The notes under the pieces were generated by a model. It had not been told where the DNA came from, searched no databases, and worked only from the letters and a program-made list of their open reading frames with translations. Source: Lama glama (lineage: Eukaryota). From it: DNA of 64,000 nucleotides. The DNA is taken from contig CM052824.1 of assembly GCA_028534125.1 (NCBI GenBank), positions 60,078,001-60,142,000 of the forward strand. The letters run 5' to 3'. Numbering within the stretch: position 1 is the stretch's first letter; the number at the start of each line of letters is the position of its first letter. The translations under genes were made by a program, and so were the position numbers. This document shows, one piece after another, positions 12,638 to 24,167 of this stretch.

Positions 12638-12905
12638 GTGAGTCCAGGTGAGTCCCTTCCCTGAGTCCAGGGGAGCCGCATCCCCGAATCCAGGGGAGTC
12701 CTATGCCTGAGTCCAGGGGAGTCTTGGTCCCTGAGTCCAGGGGATCCCCGTGCCTGAGTCCAGGTGATCTCAACCTGGTTCAGGTAAACCCTTATCCCTG
12801 AGACCAGGTGAGACCTATCTCCAAGTCCAGGAGAGTCTTTGTCCCAGAGTCCAGGAGACTCTTGGTCCCTGAGCCCAGGGGAGTCTTGGTCCCTGAGTCC
12901 AGGGA
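12638..12905 (+). repeat. Minisatellite, 23-24 bp unit (CTGAGTCCAGGGGAGTCTTGGTCC), about 12 diverged copies
   Basis: GAGTCCAGG-like core recurs every 23-24 bp. Confidence 0.92.
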
Positions 12906-13349
12906 AACCCAGAGAAGCCCACTGCTCAGCCCAGAGGAGCTGCCGTCTCTGGGCCCCGGGGAGGGGGGGTGTCACACACGGTGCCTGCTGTGGCACAAGT
13001 CCTTTCCGGAAGGGACTGAGCGGAGCAGGGACCCTGGGGCTTCTGCCATGGATGCTAGCAGGTCTCAAGCTATGTCCAAGCGTGTCCTCATGTGCTGGGC
13101 CGCCTGGCAGAGGCACAGACCCGAGGGCTGGTGGGGGGCCTCTGGAAGGCAGAAGCCCCGCCTGCACAGCCGGGGAATAGGCCCCCAGTACCAGGCACGT
13201 CCCACAGCCCATTTCCCAGGGCCTCCCCCCATCACAGCCAGGCCTGCGCCGGGCGCCACCGACCCTGGGCCACAACCTCATTTCTCCTGCAGGTCACCTC
13301 GCTCACGCAAGCCCCGTCCAGGCCACCCGCTGCCACCAGCACTTAGCTA

Positions 13350-13800
13350 GCAATTCCTCACGCTTCAAATCCGTCCTTTGCAGACACACTTCACCGACTA
13401 CACAGCAGAAAAGTTTTGTCCGCTCAGCAGATTGCTCGTGGGATTACGCGTCGGCCAGAGGCGGGCCGCGCGCAGGTCTCCAATTTGAAGAGGGAAGCCT
13501 CTTCACGACACAGCGGCTCCGGCTCCGAGGCCCTAACCCGCGAGGCCCCGATGGCCCAAGTGCGTGAAAACCATTGCAGGAGGCTGTCAGCCTCCTCCCA
13601 GGTGACGATACTTGTGTTTCTAAAAATTAGAAACCAGCCAGCGAAGTTCCTCCATTTAAAGAACCCTGTCTTCTCGAATTGCCAGTCACGCCGTCTGCCA
13701 ACCCCAGGACAACCTAAAATTATTCCGAATCACTTTTCAAACCTTAGAAAACCACAAAGCAGAACGACCTCCTGCGTTTATCACACACCACACTTAAGCC
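13350..13800. promoter_or_regulatory. Weak candidate regulatory element
   Basis: Non-repeat stretch mixing a CpG cluster with AATTAG, CTGTCA and AATTATT motifs. Confidence 0.3.
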
Positions 13801-14072
13801 GTGGGCCGCCCGTCTGCATGGCCGAGAACTCGGGGAGTCTGTAGAGGGCGTGGGTGGTGGAGTCTGGAGGGCGAGTGCCACCACCACCACAGACATTCAT
13901 GTCGCACGGAGTGTCAGAGGGGACGGCGAGGAGTGGGCAGAGAGCGGGGAGGTTCCCGGGTGCCCACAGCTCCCTTGTGTGGTAGAGCAGAGGCCAGGGT
14001 GAGCAGACCCCTCCCCGGGGGCCCCGGGGAGCACGGCACCCGGGGTGGGGGGACAGCTGGATGAATATTTGT

Positions 14073-14499
14073 GGTGGTGGGTTGAACTGAGTCCCCCAGA
14101 CTCACATGCTGGGGTCCTAACTCCCAGCATCAGAAACAGGACCTTGCTTGGACGTAGAATCATTGCAGACGTAACTGGGTAAGTTAAGATGAGGACTTTG
14201 GGTGGCCCTAATGCCCCAGGACTGGTGTCCTTATAAAAGGGGAGATTTGGACCCGCAACCAGGGAGATGCCATGTGCTGGCAAAGCAGAGGTCGGCTGAT
14301 GTGTCCACAAGCCAGGGCACCCCGAGGGTCACCAGCACGCAGAGCACCGGGGCCCCGGGGAGAGGCCGGGGCGGACCCCCCGTGGGCTCAGGAGGAACCA
14401 GCCCTGCAGCTTCTGGATCTTGGACTTCTGCCTCCGGATGGGGGAGGGGGGCCCTGCCGTCCGAGCCCTGGTCTGGGGCACTACGTGGAAACTAACACA
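14073..14499 (+). mobile_element. MLT1C-like solo LTR, near full length
   Basis: gggttgaactgagtcccc start, agttaagatgagg, actggtgtccttataaaagg, caagccaggg, ggaaccagccctgc, ttggacttctgcctcc, and aaactaacaca end. Confidence 0.9.
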
Positions 14500-15149
14500 G
14501 CCACCAGTCTCACTGACAGACTTTGCCTCACAGCTTCTAACTGAGCACCTGCTTCGCCCAGTGGTCAGGAGACTCGTTCAGGCCCTCAGGATGGACAAGG
14601 GGCTTGGGCACTCAGGGTTATGCTGAGTGAGAAGGGCTAATGTTTCTTAAAAACCCCCTCCGAATCACGGGGCTGGGGTCTTCCAGGAGCACCCACTTCC
14701 TAAAGCATTCGAGGAGCTGTGCTTACAGAGCCCGAAGCCCCCTGCGTCTTGGAAAGGTGCTGCCCTGACCCTCGATCCTTAGTCTCCCGCTGCTGGGAGT
14801 CCCAGAACATAACACGAGGACCATCTAGTTTCTGCCTCGTCTCTGACTCTGAAGGTCGAGGGACAGCAGAGCACAGACCCTGCCGGATGCTCCAACACAC
14901 TCCTCTTTGTCACGCGCCCAGGACCGTCCACCCGCTGCCGTCAGGTCACTCCCTCCTGGGCCGCTGCGGCTGTCAGTCCTAAATTACTCCCTCCCCAGGG
15001 GCAGGGTGATTCCCATCTGAGCAGGTCCAAGCAGGCTGCTCACAAAGCCCAGGGAAACCAGAGATGAGTGAGTGTATAGAGCCGGCTCCCTGGTGCTCTG
15101 CTCTTGGCGGAGTTTAGATACACTGTTGCATCTTAAAAACACAAGCGAG

Positions 15150-15332
15150 CGCATCCACAAAGACGGAAGATAAGACAGAGGGGCCGGGGGTGGGGGTGGC
15201 GAACGGGGCTTCCTGTTTCAAGGGCGGAGTTTTTGTTGGAGGCGACGGAAAAGTTCGGACACAGCAGTGATGGCTCCACGTGCGGGAACTTAACACCGTG
15301 ACCTGCACACTTCCCGACGGTTAAAATGACAG
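15150..15332 (+). mobile_element. L1MB-type 3' UTR fragment
   Basis: ggagtttttgttggaggcgacggaaaagttc...agtgatggctccac...tgcacactt...ggttaaaatg resembles the L1MB 3' end. Confidence 0.7.
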
Positions 15333-16051
15333 CTACACCCTGCTGTCTGTTCCACCACAGCTGAAAAGGACAAACAAGCCGGTTCTGGGGAGGCGCTTCC
15401 CCCAGCACCCCACCTCGTCTGGCGGGCTCTCCGTCTCCTTCAGAAGAAACTCTGCTTCTTCCCCAGGTCGCACTCCGGCTCCCCCTCCTCCAGAGCGAGG
15501 ACACGTGAGTGGGGACAAATTGAGCACAGGGTGACCGCACCGGAAGGTACGGGATGCTGGGCACAGGCAGGGAAGGCTCACAGACCCAGGCGGCTCCCCT
15601 GAGCCCCTCCTGGAGGAGGGAGGCCCCTCCACCCGTCCCTGGAGAAGTCGGCCAGCCCGGAGCTCGGTGACAAAGTGCCTTCTGCGCGAGGGGACAAAGG
15701 GCACAGCCCAGGAAGTGATTTTAAACCTAATTGTTCCCACTTTTGTTCAGCGTCTTCGGGGTGCCTGGCAGGCCTGCTCACACTGCATCGGTGTTAACCA
15801 CACCAGGACCCGCGTCTGCGATCTCAGGCTCCCGGGGGGCCGCCCTGGCCGTGAGAGGGGGCGTGCTCACGTTTTCCAAGACGCCGAGAAAACCCCCACG
15901 CAGATGTCTGCTCTCTCAAGAAGGCGGGCTCGCTGACAGCGCCCCCGGGCCGCGCGGGCTGGGGTTGGGAGCCATCGCTCCGACCGGCCTCTGGCAGCCG
16001 GGCGGGCAGGGGACACTTAATTGTGGGCCCGCTTGCTGGCAGGAAGCCCTG

Positions 16052-16199
16052 NNNNNNNNNNNNNNNNNNNNNNNNNNNNNNNNNNNNNNNNNNNNNNNNN
16101 NNNNNNNNNNNNNNNNNNNNNNNNNNNNNNNNNNNNNNNNNNNNNNNNNNNNNNNNNNNNNNNNNNNNNNNNNNNNNNNNNNNNNNNNNNNNNNNNNNN
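16052..16199. other. Assembly gap (148 N)
   Basis: N run between CpG-rich flanks carrying TTAATT and CTAATC. Confidence 0.99.
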
Positions 16200-16657
16200 C
16201 ATCGCCGGCCGGCTAATCAGCCTGAGGAGAAAGGAGAGGAAGCGCTGTCCTTTGACGAGATGTGGGAAACCCCTCGGTCTGCACTCGGTGTGCCTGTGAC
16301 CAGCACACAAAGAGCCCCGCCGGCCCCGCAGCCAAGTTTCCAACGAACGTCTCCCTGAACACTTTCAGCGGTCGTGTGTGTCTTCTGGTGAGGGCTGGAG
16401 CGCTCCTTCGCCATCTTTCGAGAAGCTCTGAAAGCATCGTGTTCTCTCGGGACGTTCCTGGCTGGCCTCCCTCCTGCGTGTCCCCCTCACCTGGGGTGGG
16501 GGTCAGGGCACCGTCCAGCCCCCCCCCCCCAGGCTGTCGGGACGGGAGGAGGGGCCAGTTTCACCACATCTTCTCTCCCTTTGAGGGTTTTGGAAAGTAG
16601 AGGGACCACATCGTCACAGGGAGAGGGAAAGTGAAAGAGGGAAGCCACAGACCCACA

Positions 16658-16725
16658 GGGGCTCAAACCTGGCCTCTTCCTGGCCGTGTGGCCCCCGGGC
16701 GGGCCCTGACCTCTCTGGGCTCCAC
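16658..16725 (+). mobile_element. MIR fragment
   Basis: gggctcaaacctggcc...gccgtgtggcccccgggc...acctctctgggc looks like a GC-shifted MIR. Confidence 0.5.
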
Positions 16726-17411
16726 GCCGCCGTCCGGAAGTGGAGGTGGGCAAGCTGAATTGGGTGATTCCAGCCAAGCTCTCAGCATGGCGCCTGCAGA
16801 GAGGCCTGTCGGGTCATCGGTAATTATCAAGGTCTTGTCATCACAGGGCCCGGCCTGAGGACCCTGACTGGGAGGGTGCCCCGACCTAGGCTCTGTCCCG
16901 AGGCCTCCCCTGGCCGTGGGCACAAGGGAGGGGGACACTGTTTGCTCTGTGGGCCCCGGGGACTCTCTGCCTCCTTCCCTCAAGTCCTCCTTGCTCCAGG
17001 TGGGGCGCGGGAGGAGTTCCTTGAGAGTCTCTGTCCCTTCGTGTCCTCCAAGTGGCCATGCGGCTGTGCATGCAGTAGGCGCTGGCAGATGTGCGGGGGA
17101 TTCACTAGGGAGGGAGGTGTTTGCGACCTGACACCTCAGGCTGAGCTGTCAGCACTTGATTTTGAGACCGGCTGAGCACTGGGGACCCAGGACGCCGGGT
17201 GGGGGGTCTGGAGTCCCACACTGGCCCCTCACCTCCTCCCCAGCCTTCCAGAAGGCCTGAGCGCGGGTCCAGTCTCACCCGGGGTGGACCCCAGCAGGCC
17301 CCCAGCTCCGCATGCTAAGGAGGGACCCTCGGCTGCAGGAGCCGGGAACTGCTGGCCGCTGTGGCCAGGCCCTCCCCGAACACACGTCAGGGGTGTGAAG
17401 GCTCCAGCCTC

Positions 17412-17521
17412 GGGGTTGGGTGGGGGTCTCAGCAGATAAAAGTACCGGACACCAGTCAGTCTGGAATTTCAGATAAACAACAGGCAAACTTCCAGCGGAA
17501 GTGAGTCCTGTGCCACGTGGG
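17412..17521. mobile_element. MER53 (hAT MITE) half element
   Basis: agcagataaaagtaccggacaccagtcagtctggaatttcagataaacaac matches a MER53 arm. Confidence 0.8.
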
Positions 17522-18124
17522 CTGGGTGCACGTGGGGCGGGGTCCCAACTCCTGCGACCGGGGGCTAACTTTCTGCGATTTTTAAAGAAAAGTCTTTAAC
17601 GAACCCGTACACCCAGATCCCGTGCCCACCCGAAAGACAGGCGCACCCCTCGGATCAGATTGTCAAGGTGGCTTCCCTGGGGAGCAGCGGGACGCCTTCT
17701 CGGCTTTTAATGAAAATACCTGTTTTATAATTTAACTGACAGCAAAAAAATGGAAAATACCAGTGGCTTAGGTATGCGCTTAAAAAAGGCTTTGAAAATT
17801 GAAGTGCCTCTCATTTAAATAATCATAGTACATTTTCAACAGAAACAAGTTTGAAGATCCAAATAGGGCCTGGTTCCCTCTTTGGAAGGTAGCCTCCTTG
17901 AGGACTGGACCCGAGTTTTATTTTGCCTTGTGTTTCGCCTTTGCTGCAGTCACGGTGCCTCTGGGTGATGGAGAATGTAGACCAGTGCACAGAGAGGCGG
18001 CCCCTCTCCCCGTCCTGAGACCCTGGCTGGTGGTGGTTGTCGCCAAGTCACAGCGGGCAGGTTTCGCTGCCAGAGACTTGGGGAGTTATGACCTCAGGTC
18101 ACATGCTATGTGTATGAAGTAATT

Positions 18125-18400
18125 TGCACATGTGTGTCGGTGTGCATATACGCATACACAGCCACACACACAAATTACATAATTTATACATCGTGCAATT
18201 ATACACATACATTTATATATAAAAGATGAGCACACACGACTGAAAACACATGCCTAGCGTTATCTCTAAACTATGGGACGTGAGATTCTCATTTTAAAAA
18301 TGTCTCTATTTTCTGCGCTGAGCATGCATCATCTTTATGATTTATAATTTTACACATTTTATAATTTTTGTAAGTGTATCATTCCGTAACGTGTTACAGT
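18125..18400 (+). mobile_element. CA/TA low-complexity tract plus old L1M (L1MC/L1ME-like) 3' remnant
   Basis: gttatctcta...tgagcatgcatcatctttatgatt resembles the old L1 3' end; AT-rich. Confidence 0.4.
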
Positions 18401-18914
18401 TTCTGTTAAACGTGTAGGTGGGAGAATGGCGTTCTCCGCACTGAGGCTGGTGGGCCCACCTCAGCAGGGGGCCGGGCAGGAGCGGGCGCTGGGCCCCTGG
18501 CGGCCCTGGGGGTGTCCTGCAGTGTCACCAGCGGGGAGACTGCCCACCAGGTGTCTCCCGGGGCCACCTTGGCTCGCAGACAAGTCAGAGCCTCCCCACA
18601 GCCGCCCTTACACAGCGACTGCTGGGCGCCCCATCCGGGGCGGTCCGCCCCGGGAAATCCAGGAGGCGTCAGTTCAGGCCGCACTCGTGTGTCCACGGAA
18701 GAGGCCTGAGTCCCAGAGTTGCCTGTAACCTGTGAGCCCTGACTTCCCTGCCATCTCCGACTCTCTCTGTCAGCCAGCATCTCTCTTCTGCGCAGGCGGA
18801 CCTGGTCCCGCCAGACGACTAGACCCAGCTGAGTCTGGTGTCGGTGTGCCTCCGAGTCCCCTCCCCATGCTGCCCTATTTCCAGGGGGTCACAGCAGGGT
18901 ATGGGGCCTGGGGG

Positions 18915-19047
18915 TAGCGCTGCCAGATAAGACTGTAAACATAATACATAAACATAGTGGAGACGATAAAAAGCACACAGTACGGGGTGCACTTCTACTG
19001 AAGGACTGCGTGCTGCTTATCTGGAATTCAGATTGAACTGGCAACCC
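18915..19047. mobile_element. MER53, internally deleted, both termini visible
   Basis: gctgccagataa ... cttatctggaattcagattgaactggcaaccc. Confidence 0.75.
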
Positions 19048-19729
19048 AGCTTCTCCCCCTGCTGCTCCCAGCCCCGCTCCCCGGGGGTCTGAGGGTTTGC
19101 TCGGGCTCAGCCATCACTGAGGGATCTCCCTTCGTACTTCCTGCTGTGAGAGCCCCTGTCCTGGGACCTCAGCCTGGGAGGCTGGATGGCCGCGGCCGGC
19201 TCTGGCGAGCCCTTGCCTCTCAGGTCCCTAGGCTGCTCCTCCTGCCCAACCCCAGTCACTGCCCAGAGACTCGGGGGCCTAGGGCGCAACACCACGTGCA
19301 GACTGCACGGCGTCGGGCCTCCAGGTCCCCCTCCGACACTCTGGGGACCACTGGGCAGCTGGAGACTGTCCCGGAGCTGACACGCACCCCGGGGCTCCCG
19401 GAGGCCACGTGGATGGTGCAGGGACCCCATCCATCCATGATCCGCTGGGACAGTCTGGGGCTCTGATGGAGGCTCTTGTCCCGGGTGCCCTGGGGCTGGG
19501 AGGAGCTGGGGTGGTGGGCCCCACCGACCACAGGAGCGCAGGGCTCGGCGCGGGTCCAGCCCTGCCTGGTGTTCAGAAACCCCCCCCCAAGACAGGTTTC
19601 TCTTCCCCCTCCTCTGTTCCCGTCACTTAAAGCCCATCCAAGCGCTGAGCTCAGCTCTCACCGTGAGGAGGGAGATGCTGACAGGCAAAAGCCTCCGACC
19701 ACACGCATCTCTGTGCCTCTTTTGGGGGG

Positions 19730-20330
19730 GTATTGATTTGAGTTTGGGCCAATTCTTCGTTTTAATCATGGCCATCGACCTCAACGGACCTGGCCACGAA
19801 AGTAGGAGCAATGGCCACTCTTTCTCTGCAGAGAGAGACTCGTGAGGGTTCGCCCCAGAAATCGTCTCGATCACCGCTCCTCCAGGAATCGTTGCCCCCA
19901 AAGTCACCCAAAATCAAATGGATCGCTATTAACACGCAAACGGCCTGCCGCCCGGAGCCCGCCGCCGGCCCGGGCCCGGCCCCGGCCCGGCCCCGTCTGC
20001 TGCTGGGCAGCGGGGCCCTCGTTCCATCACGGCCCAAGTAGGCTATCTGAATAGATGGGGGAGGAAATCAAGCAGATATATTAGCGCTGCCGGATATTTG
20101 TCATCTCTCTGTCTCTCCTTCCCCAGGAATATCGGTGATGAATTTGCAAATGGTCCTGGATTATGACAGAGCGTTCTCTCTCTTCCTTATTTATCCCTCC
20201 TCCGAGCACCTCGATCAGAGGCCACAGTGACAAATGCATGAATAAAAGGCAGAGACAATATTTGAGCAATGAGTTGTAAATCTCCTTCTACACATTATTA
20301 ATTTAAGGAAGTCCATTACACCAAGCAGCT
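19730..20330. promoter_or_regulatory. Strong candidate conserved non-coding element
   Basis: About 600 bp of non-repeat, lower-GC sequence with TGATTT, TTTAATCA, ATTTGCAAAT, TGACAG, TGCATGAAT and ATTATTAATTTA. Confidence 0.62.
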
Positions 20331-22049
20331 CTGCAGAGAAAGACGAGGGTCAGGCAGGAATGGCTGCGCACCTGAGGGTCAGAGAAAGGGAAGGAGAAAC
20401 TCAGCTCCACGCCTGAGCCGGGGTCGGGCTGGTCTCTCCCCAAGTCCCAGGAGCCCTCAGCCACCGCATGTTATTTACATAAAAGGCGAAACATTTGCTC
20501 CCCCAGCCAAGCACACTTTGCAAAGTGCCGCTTGCAATGGCCGCCTTCTTCAGGAGCTGGGAAGGCAAGGCCACAATGGCTAGGGATGCCGGGGGTCCAG
20601 GACACCCTGCTGCTTTCTGGAGGGAGGAAGGAGGGGGCCGGGGGAGGTGCTCAGGGCGGGAAGCGAGCGCCGGCAACAACGAGGCACAGGGCCGCACAGG
20701 GCAGTCCTGGCACAGCGACACCACCATACCTGCTAGCCGGACAAGGATGCCGCGAGCCCGCAGCCAGGGTCCTTCTGAGACAGCACTAATCAGAGTGGCA
20801 GGCACAGTGGCCACGGCCGAGCCCCGCAGCCTGGTTTTCGTCCCCTGTTTTACTCTCTTTTAAAACCTTCCAAGAAAGGAGCTGCAGGCCCCGGTCCCAC
20901 CACCTGCCTCGACAGCCCGTTGAACTGTCGCCCAGAGACCCGGGAGCAGTCTCTCCCAGGGACCGTCCTGGGACATCTGCAGGGACGGCCACAGCCCTGC
21001 AGCTCGGGGTCCCTGGAGAAGAGCCGGGACGGTGGGAGGTCAGCGAGGCTGCCAGCCCGGCTCAGGCCAGGATGCCGGCTCCAGGGCTCCGGACCCCACA
21101 TTCAGAGCTGTGAGGGGCCGTCGGGGCGCCGGGTGGGAAAGGAGCAGCGTTGACTGCGAGAGGTTGACGGCGTCGGTGCTGGGAGAACCTCCCTTCACCC
21201 TCACGAGTGCAAGACGCACTTTTGTTGTTTGTGGGTTTTTTAACAACAGATTTTGTGTTTCTTTTTCTTTTGCTAAGATTGATTTTCGAGCAGTTTTCGT
21301 AAGTGCTTCTGCTCGGCCCTGCCGGGCTGCCCTCCCCGACACTGGTCCCCGGACACAGGGGAGGGAGGGTGGCCTGGGGGTGTCGGCTGAACCTGCGCCC
21401 GTGCCCTCCTTGGTCTCCCCATGCGGGCTTAGGGGATGCCCTGGCAGTCAGCATGTGCCAGGCGGGAGGACTTGAGAACACTGGGGGCCCCGCTGGGACC
21501 CTGGGGGACATGGAAGCGGGGAGCTGGGAGAAAGCCCCCGTAGACCACCGGCACCTGGAGCCAGGGGGCCCCAGGAGGGCCGAGTCCTGGAGCTGGGCGG
21601 GGCCCGCTGCTGCTGGCTGAGCTGCAGCCCCCGGACCCTGTCCCACGTGTCCACATGACAGCTTCCTCCCCGAAGGGTCCAGCTGCTTCTGTAGAACGCA
21701 CAGTCTGTCCCCTCCAGTAAACGCCCACCCAGTCAGGACAAGAACCCGCACCAGAAAGCGCCCGCCCTTTCAAGGGAGAGTGTGCCAGCCCACAGTGACG
21801 GCCCCCATCGGCCCACTTAGGGACATGGTGGTGGACAGCCACACAGGTTCTAATGACTCATCACACCAAAGTCCTGGCGGGTCCTGGTGACAGAGCACAG
21901 CAGCTCGTGGGAAACCAGCCGCCCAGTGGGACACAGTGGCTCCAACATCAGAAACCCACAGACAAATGGGCTCGCGGGTGGGGCGGTGGGACGGGAAGGG
22001 CTGGCGGGCCGGGAGACGGGCCGGGAAGGGGCCAAGAAGCCCCGAGGCG

Positions 22050-22410
22050 GGTTTTACTTTATTGTTTGTGCATCAGCCTGATTGCTTCGGAAGCTGAGAC
22101 TTTCTTCACAGCGAAGCTCAGGAAAGAAGACCCTGGCAACACGTTAAAAGTTGCCCGCGTACGGATCTCCGCACAGATACGCACGTATTAATTTGAATTT
22201 TTTAAGACAAGTGTTGCATGTTATTAATATAATTGCCAGCTGCAGGAACGGTATATTCACAGAGCTTTCTCCATCCCTATGCGTTCTGCTCTTCTCAATG
22301 CTGACAGTTTAATATTCAGCTGGTGTTTACTTAGCATATGACTGTTAATCAGCGTAAATTAAATGTGTGCTTGAAACCCCCACTTAAAGCTCTGCTAATT
22401 ATTTTTTGAT
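22050..22410. promoter_or_regulatory. Strong candidate conserved non-coding element
   Basis: Dense TAAT/ATTA, TGACAG, TGTTTAC (22324) and CGTAAATTAA in an AT-rich island. Confidence 0.6.
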
Positions 22411-22714
22411 CCAAACAGGACTGCCTCTTCTGGAGGGTGAGTCGGGCTCTCCGGGACCAAACATCAGCGAGAGAACCTGTTGCCAGCGCCGAGGACCAGC
22501 CTCCAGGAGACACGAGGCAGGTTCTCGCGTACGTTTCTCCGCGGTGAGCGACGGGTGGTTTCCATGTAAGCCCTGCCCGGTCCAGCCTGGCGGCCACCCT
22601 GTGCAAGGGAGCACAGCCTTTTGTGCCGGAGAGCTGGCTGCCCACGGGGTGATGGTTGTGCAGTCTGTTCCACTGAACTCAGGCCACGCTCCCAGCACAG
22701 ACAGCGTAGCCTTG

Positions 22715-22866
22715 ACACATGCATACACGTGTGCCCACGTGGATACACGTGTGCACGCACGGTGGATACATGCATGCACAAACATGGACACAGGCTGCAC
22801 ATACGTGGATACCTGCTCAGTACCACATACGTGGACACATGCATGCATATACTGATACACACACTC
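22715..22866. repeat. RY-alternating CA/CG/TA low-complexity tract
   Basis: acacatgcatacacgtgtgcccacgtggatacacgtgtgcacgcac... Confidence 0.8.
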
Positions 22867-23519
22867 ACGGCCCAGGACCACACCCTGCTTCTGCCTCCAC
22901 TCCCAGCCCATGCTCCTTGCCCCGTCCCGGCCCTCAGGGGCCCCAGCCAACCCACAGCCTCTGCCCCACCCAGCGCCTGCCTCTCCTGTGGACTTAGAAG
23001 TGCACACGCTAGGCAGAGGGCTGCAGCAGGGAGGGGAGGTGGAAAAAGAAGGCGGGCCCGGCAGACCCAGCAGGGGAGCCCGGAGATGGGGCTCTCCTGA
23101 GAGACAGCTCCCCGTGCCGGTCCTCCAGCCCTAGGCTCAGCAGGGGACAGCAGGGACAGCGCAGTGGGGGAACAGAGTGGGGCCGGCTGAGCCTCTGGCA
23201 AAGCCCATCCGCCGGAGGACGGGGCTTCCCGCGATGCTCTCCTTCCTCCGGACGCTGGCCTTGGTGCTCGGGCAGAGTCCCTTCTGCCTGGGTGGTGCCT
23301 TTGCAGCTGCCTGTAGGTGGCCGGCCCGCGGGGTTAGGAGGGACAGCACCACAGCACTATTCTAGAGGCCACTGGCCCTTGCTCTCAGAGACCCCATGGG
23401 AAAGATGGACCATAAGTAAGTGTGCTCAGTACCACAGAAGGCAGCACAGAGGGCAAGTGCCCACTCTAGACAGAGAGGTCCATGAATCCATGTTCCAAGG
23501 CATGAATAGATGTCCCATA

Positions 23520-23618
23520 GCTCCTCTGGGCCTGTTTCTCAGATATGGGGATGGAATAGTGCCTGTTTAGAGGATTAACAAGGTAGAGCAGAGATGATGC
23601 CTGGCAAGTTAAGGCACT
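23520..23618 (+). mobile_element. MIR 3' half remnant
   Basis: ctctgggcctgtttctc...atggggat...gaggattaa...tgcctggca...aaggcact. Confidence 0.5.
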
Positions 23619-24167
23619 NNNNNNNNNNNNNNNNNNNNNNNNNNNNNNNNNNNNNNNNNNNNNNNNNNNNNNNNNNNNNNNNNNNNNNNNNNNNNNNNNN
23701 NNNNNNNNNNNNNNNNNNNNNNNNNNNNNNNNNNNNNNNNNNNNNNNNNNNNNNNNNNNNNNNNNNNNNNNNNNNNNNNNNNNNNNNNNNNNNNNNNNNN
23801 NNNNNNNNNNNNNNNNNNNNNNNNNNNNNNNNNNNNNNNNNNNNNNNNNNNNNNNNNNNNNNNNNNNNNNNNNNNNNNNNNNNNNNNNNNNNNNNNNNNN
23901 NNNNNNNNNNNNNNNNNNNNNNNNNNNNNNNNNNNNNGGGTGGACGANNNNNNNNNNNNNNNNNNNNNNNNNNNNNNNNNNNNNNNNNNNNNNNNNNNNN
24001 NNNNNNNNNNNNNNNNNNNNNNNNNNNNNNNNNNNNNNNNNNNNNNNNNNNNNNNNNNNNNNNNNNNNNNNNNNNNNNNNNNNNNNNNNNNNNNNNNNNN
24101 NNNNNNNNNNNNNNNNNNNNNNNNNNNNNNNNNNNNNNNNNNNNNNNNNNNNNNNNNNNNNNNNNNN
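23619..24167. other. Two N-runs (23619-23937, 23948-24167) separated by a 10-bp island GGGTGGACGA
   Basis: Read directly. Confidence 0.99.

Noticed and set aside
12638-12905. CRISPR-like periodicity in the 24-bp and 30-bp repeats
   Set aside because: Head-to-tail units without unique spacers, no cas genes, mammalian context.
21495-21525. Peptide LGDMEA resembling the ZFPM1 N-terminus
   Set aside because: Only six residues, no upstream splice acceptor, and the following residues do not match.
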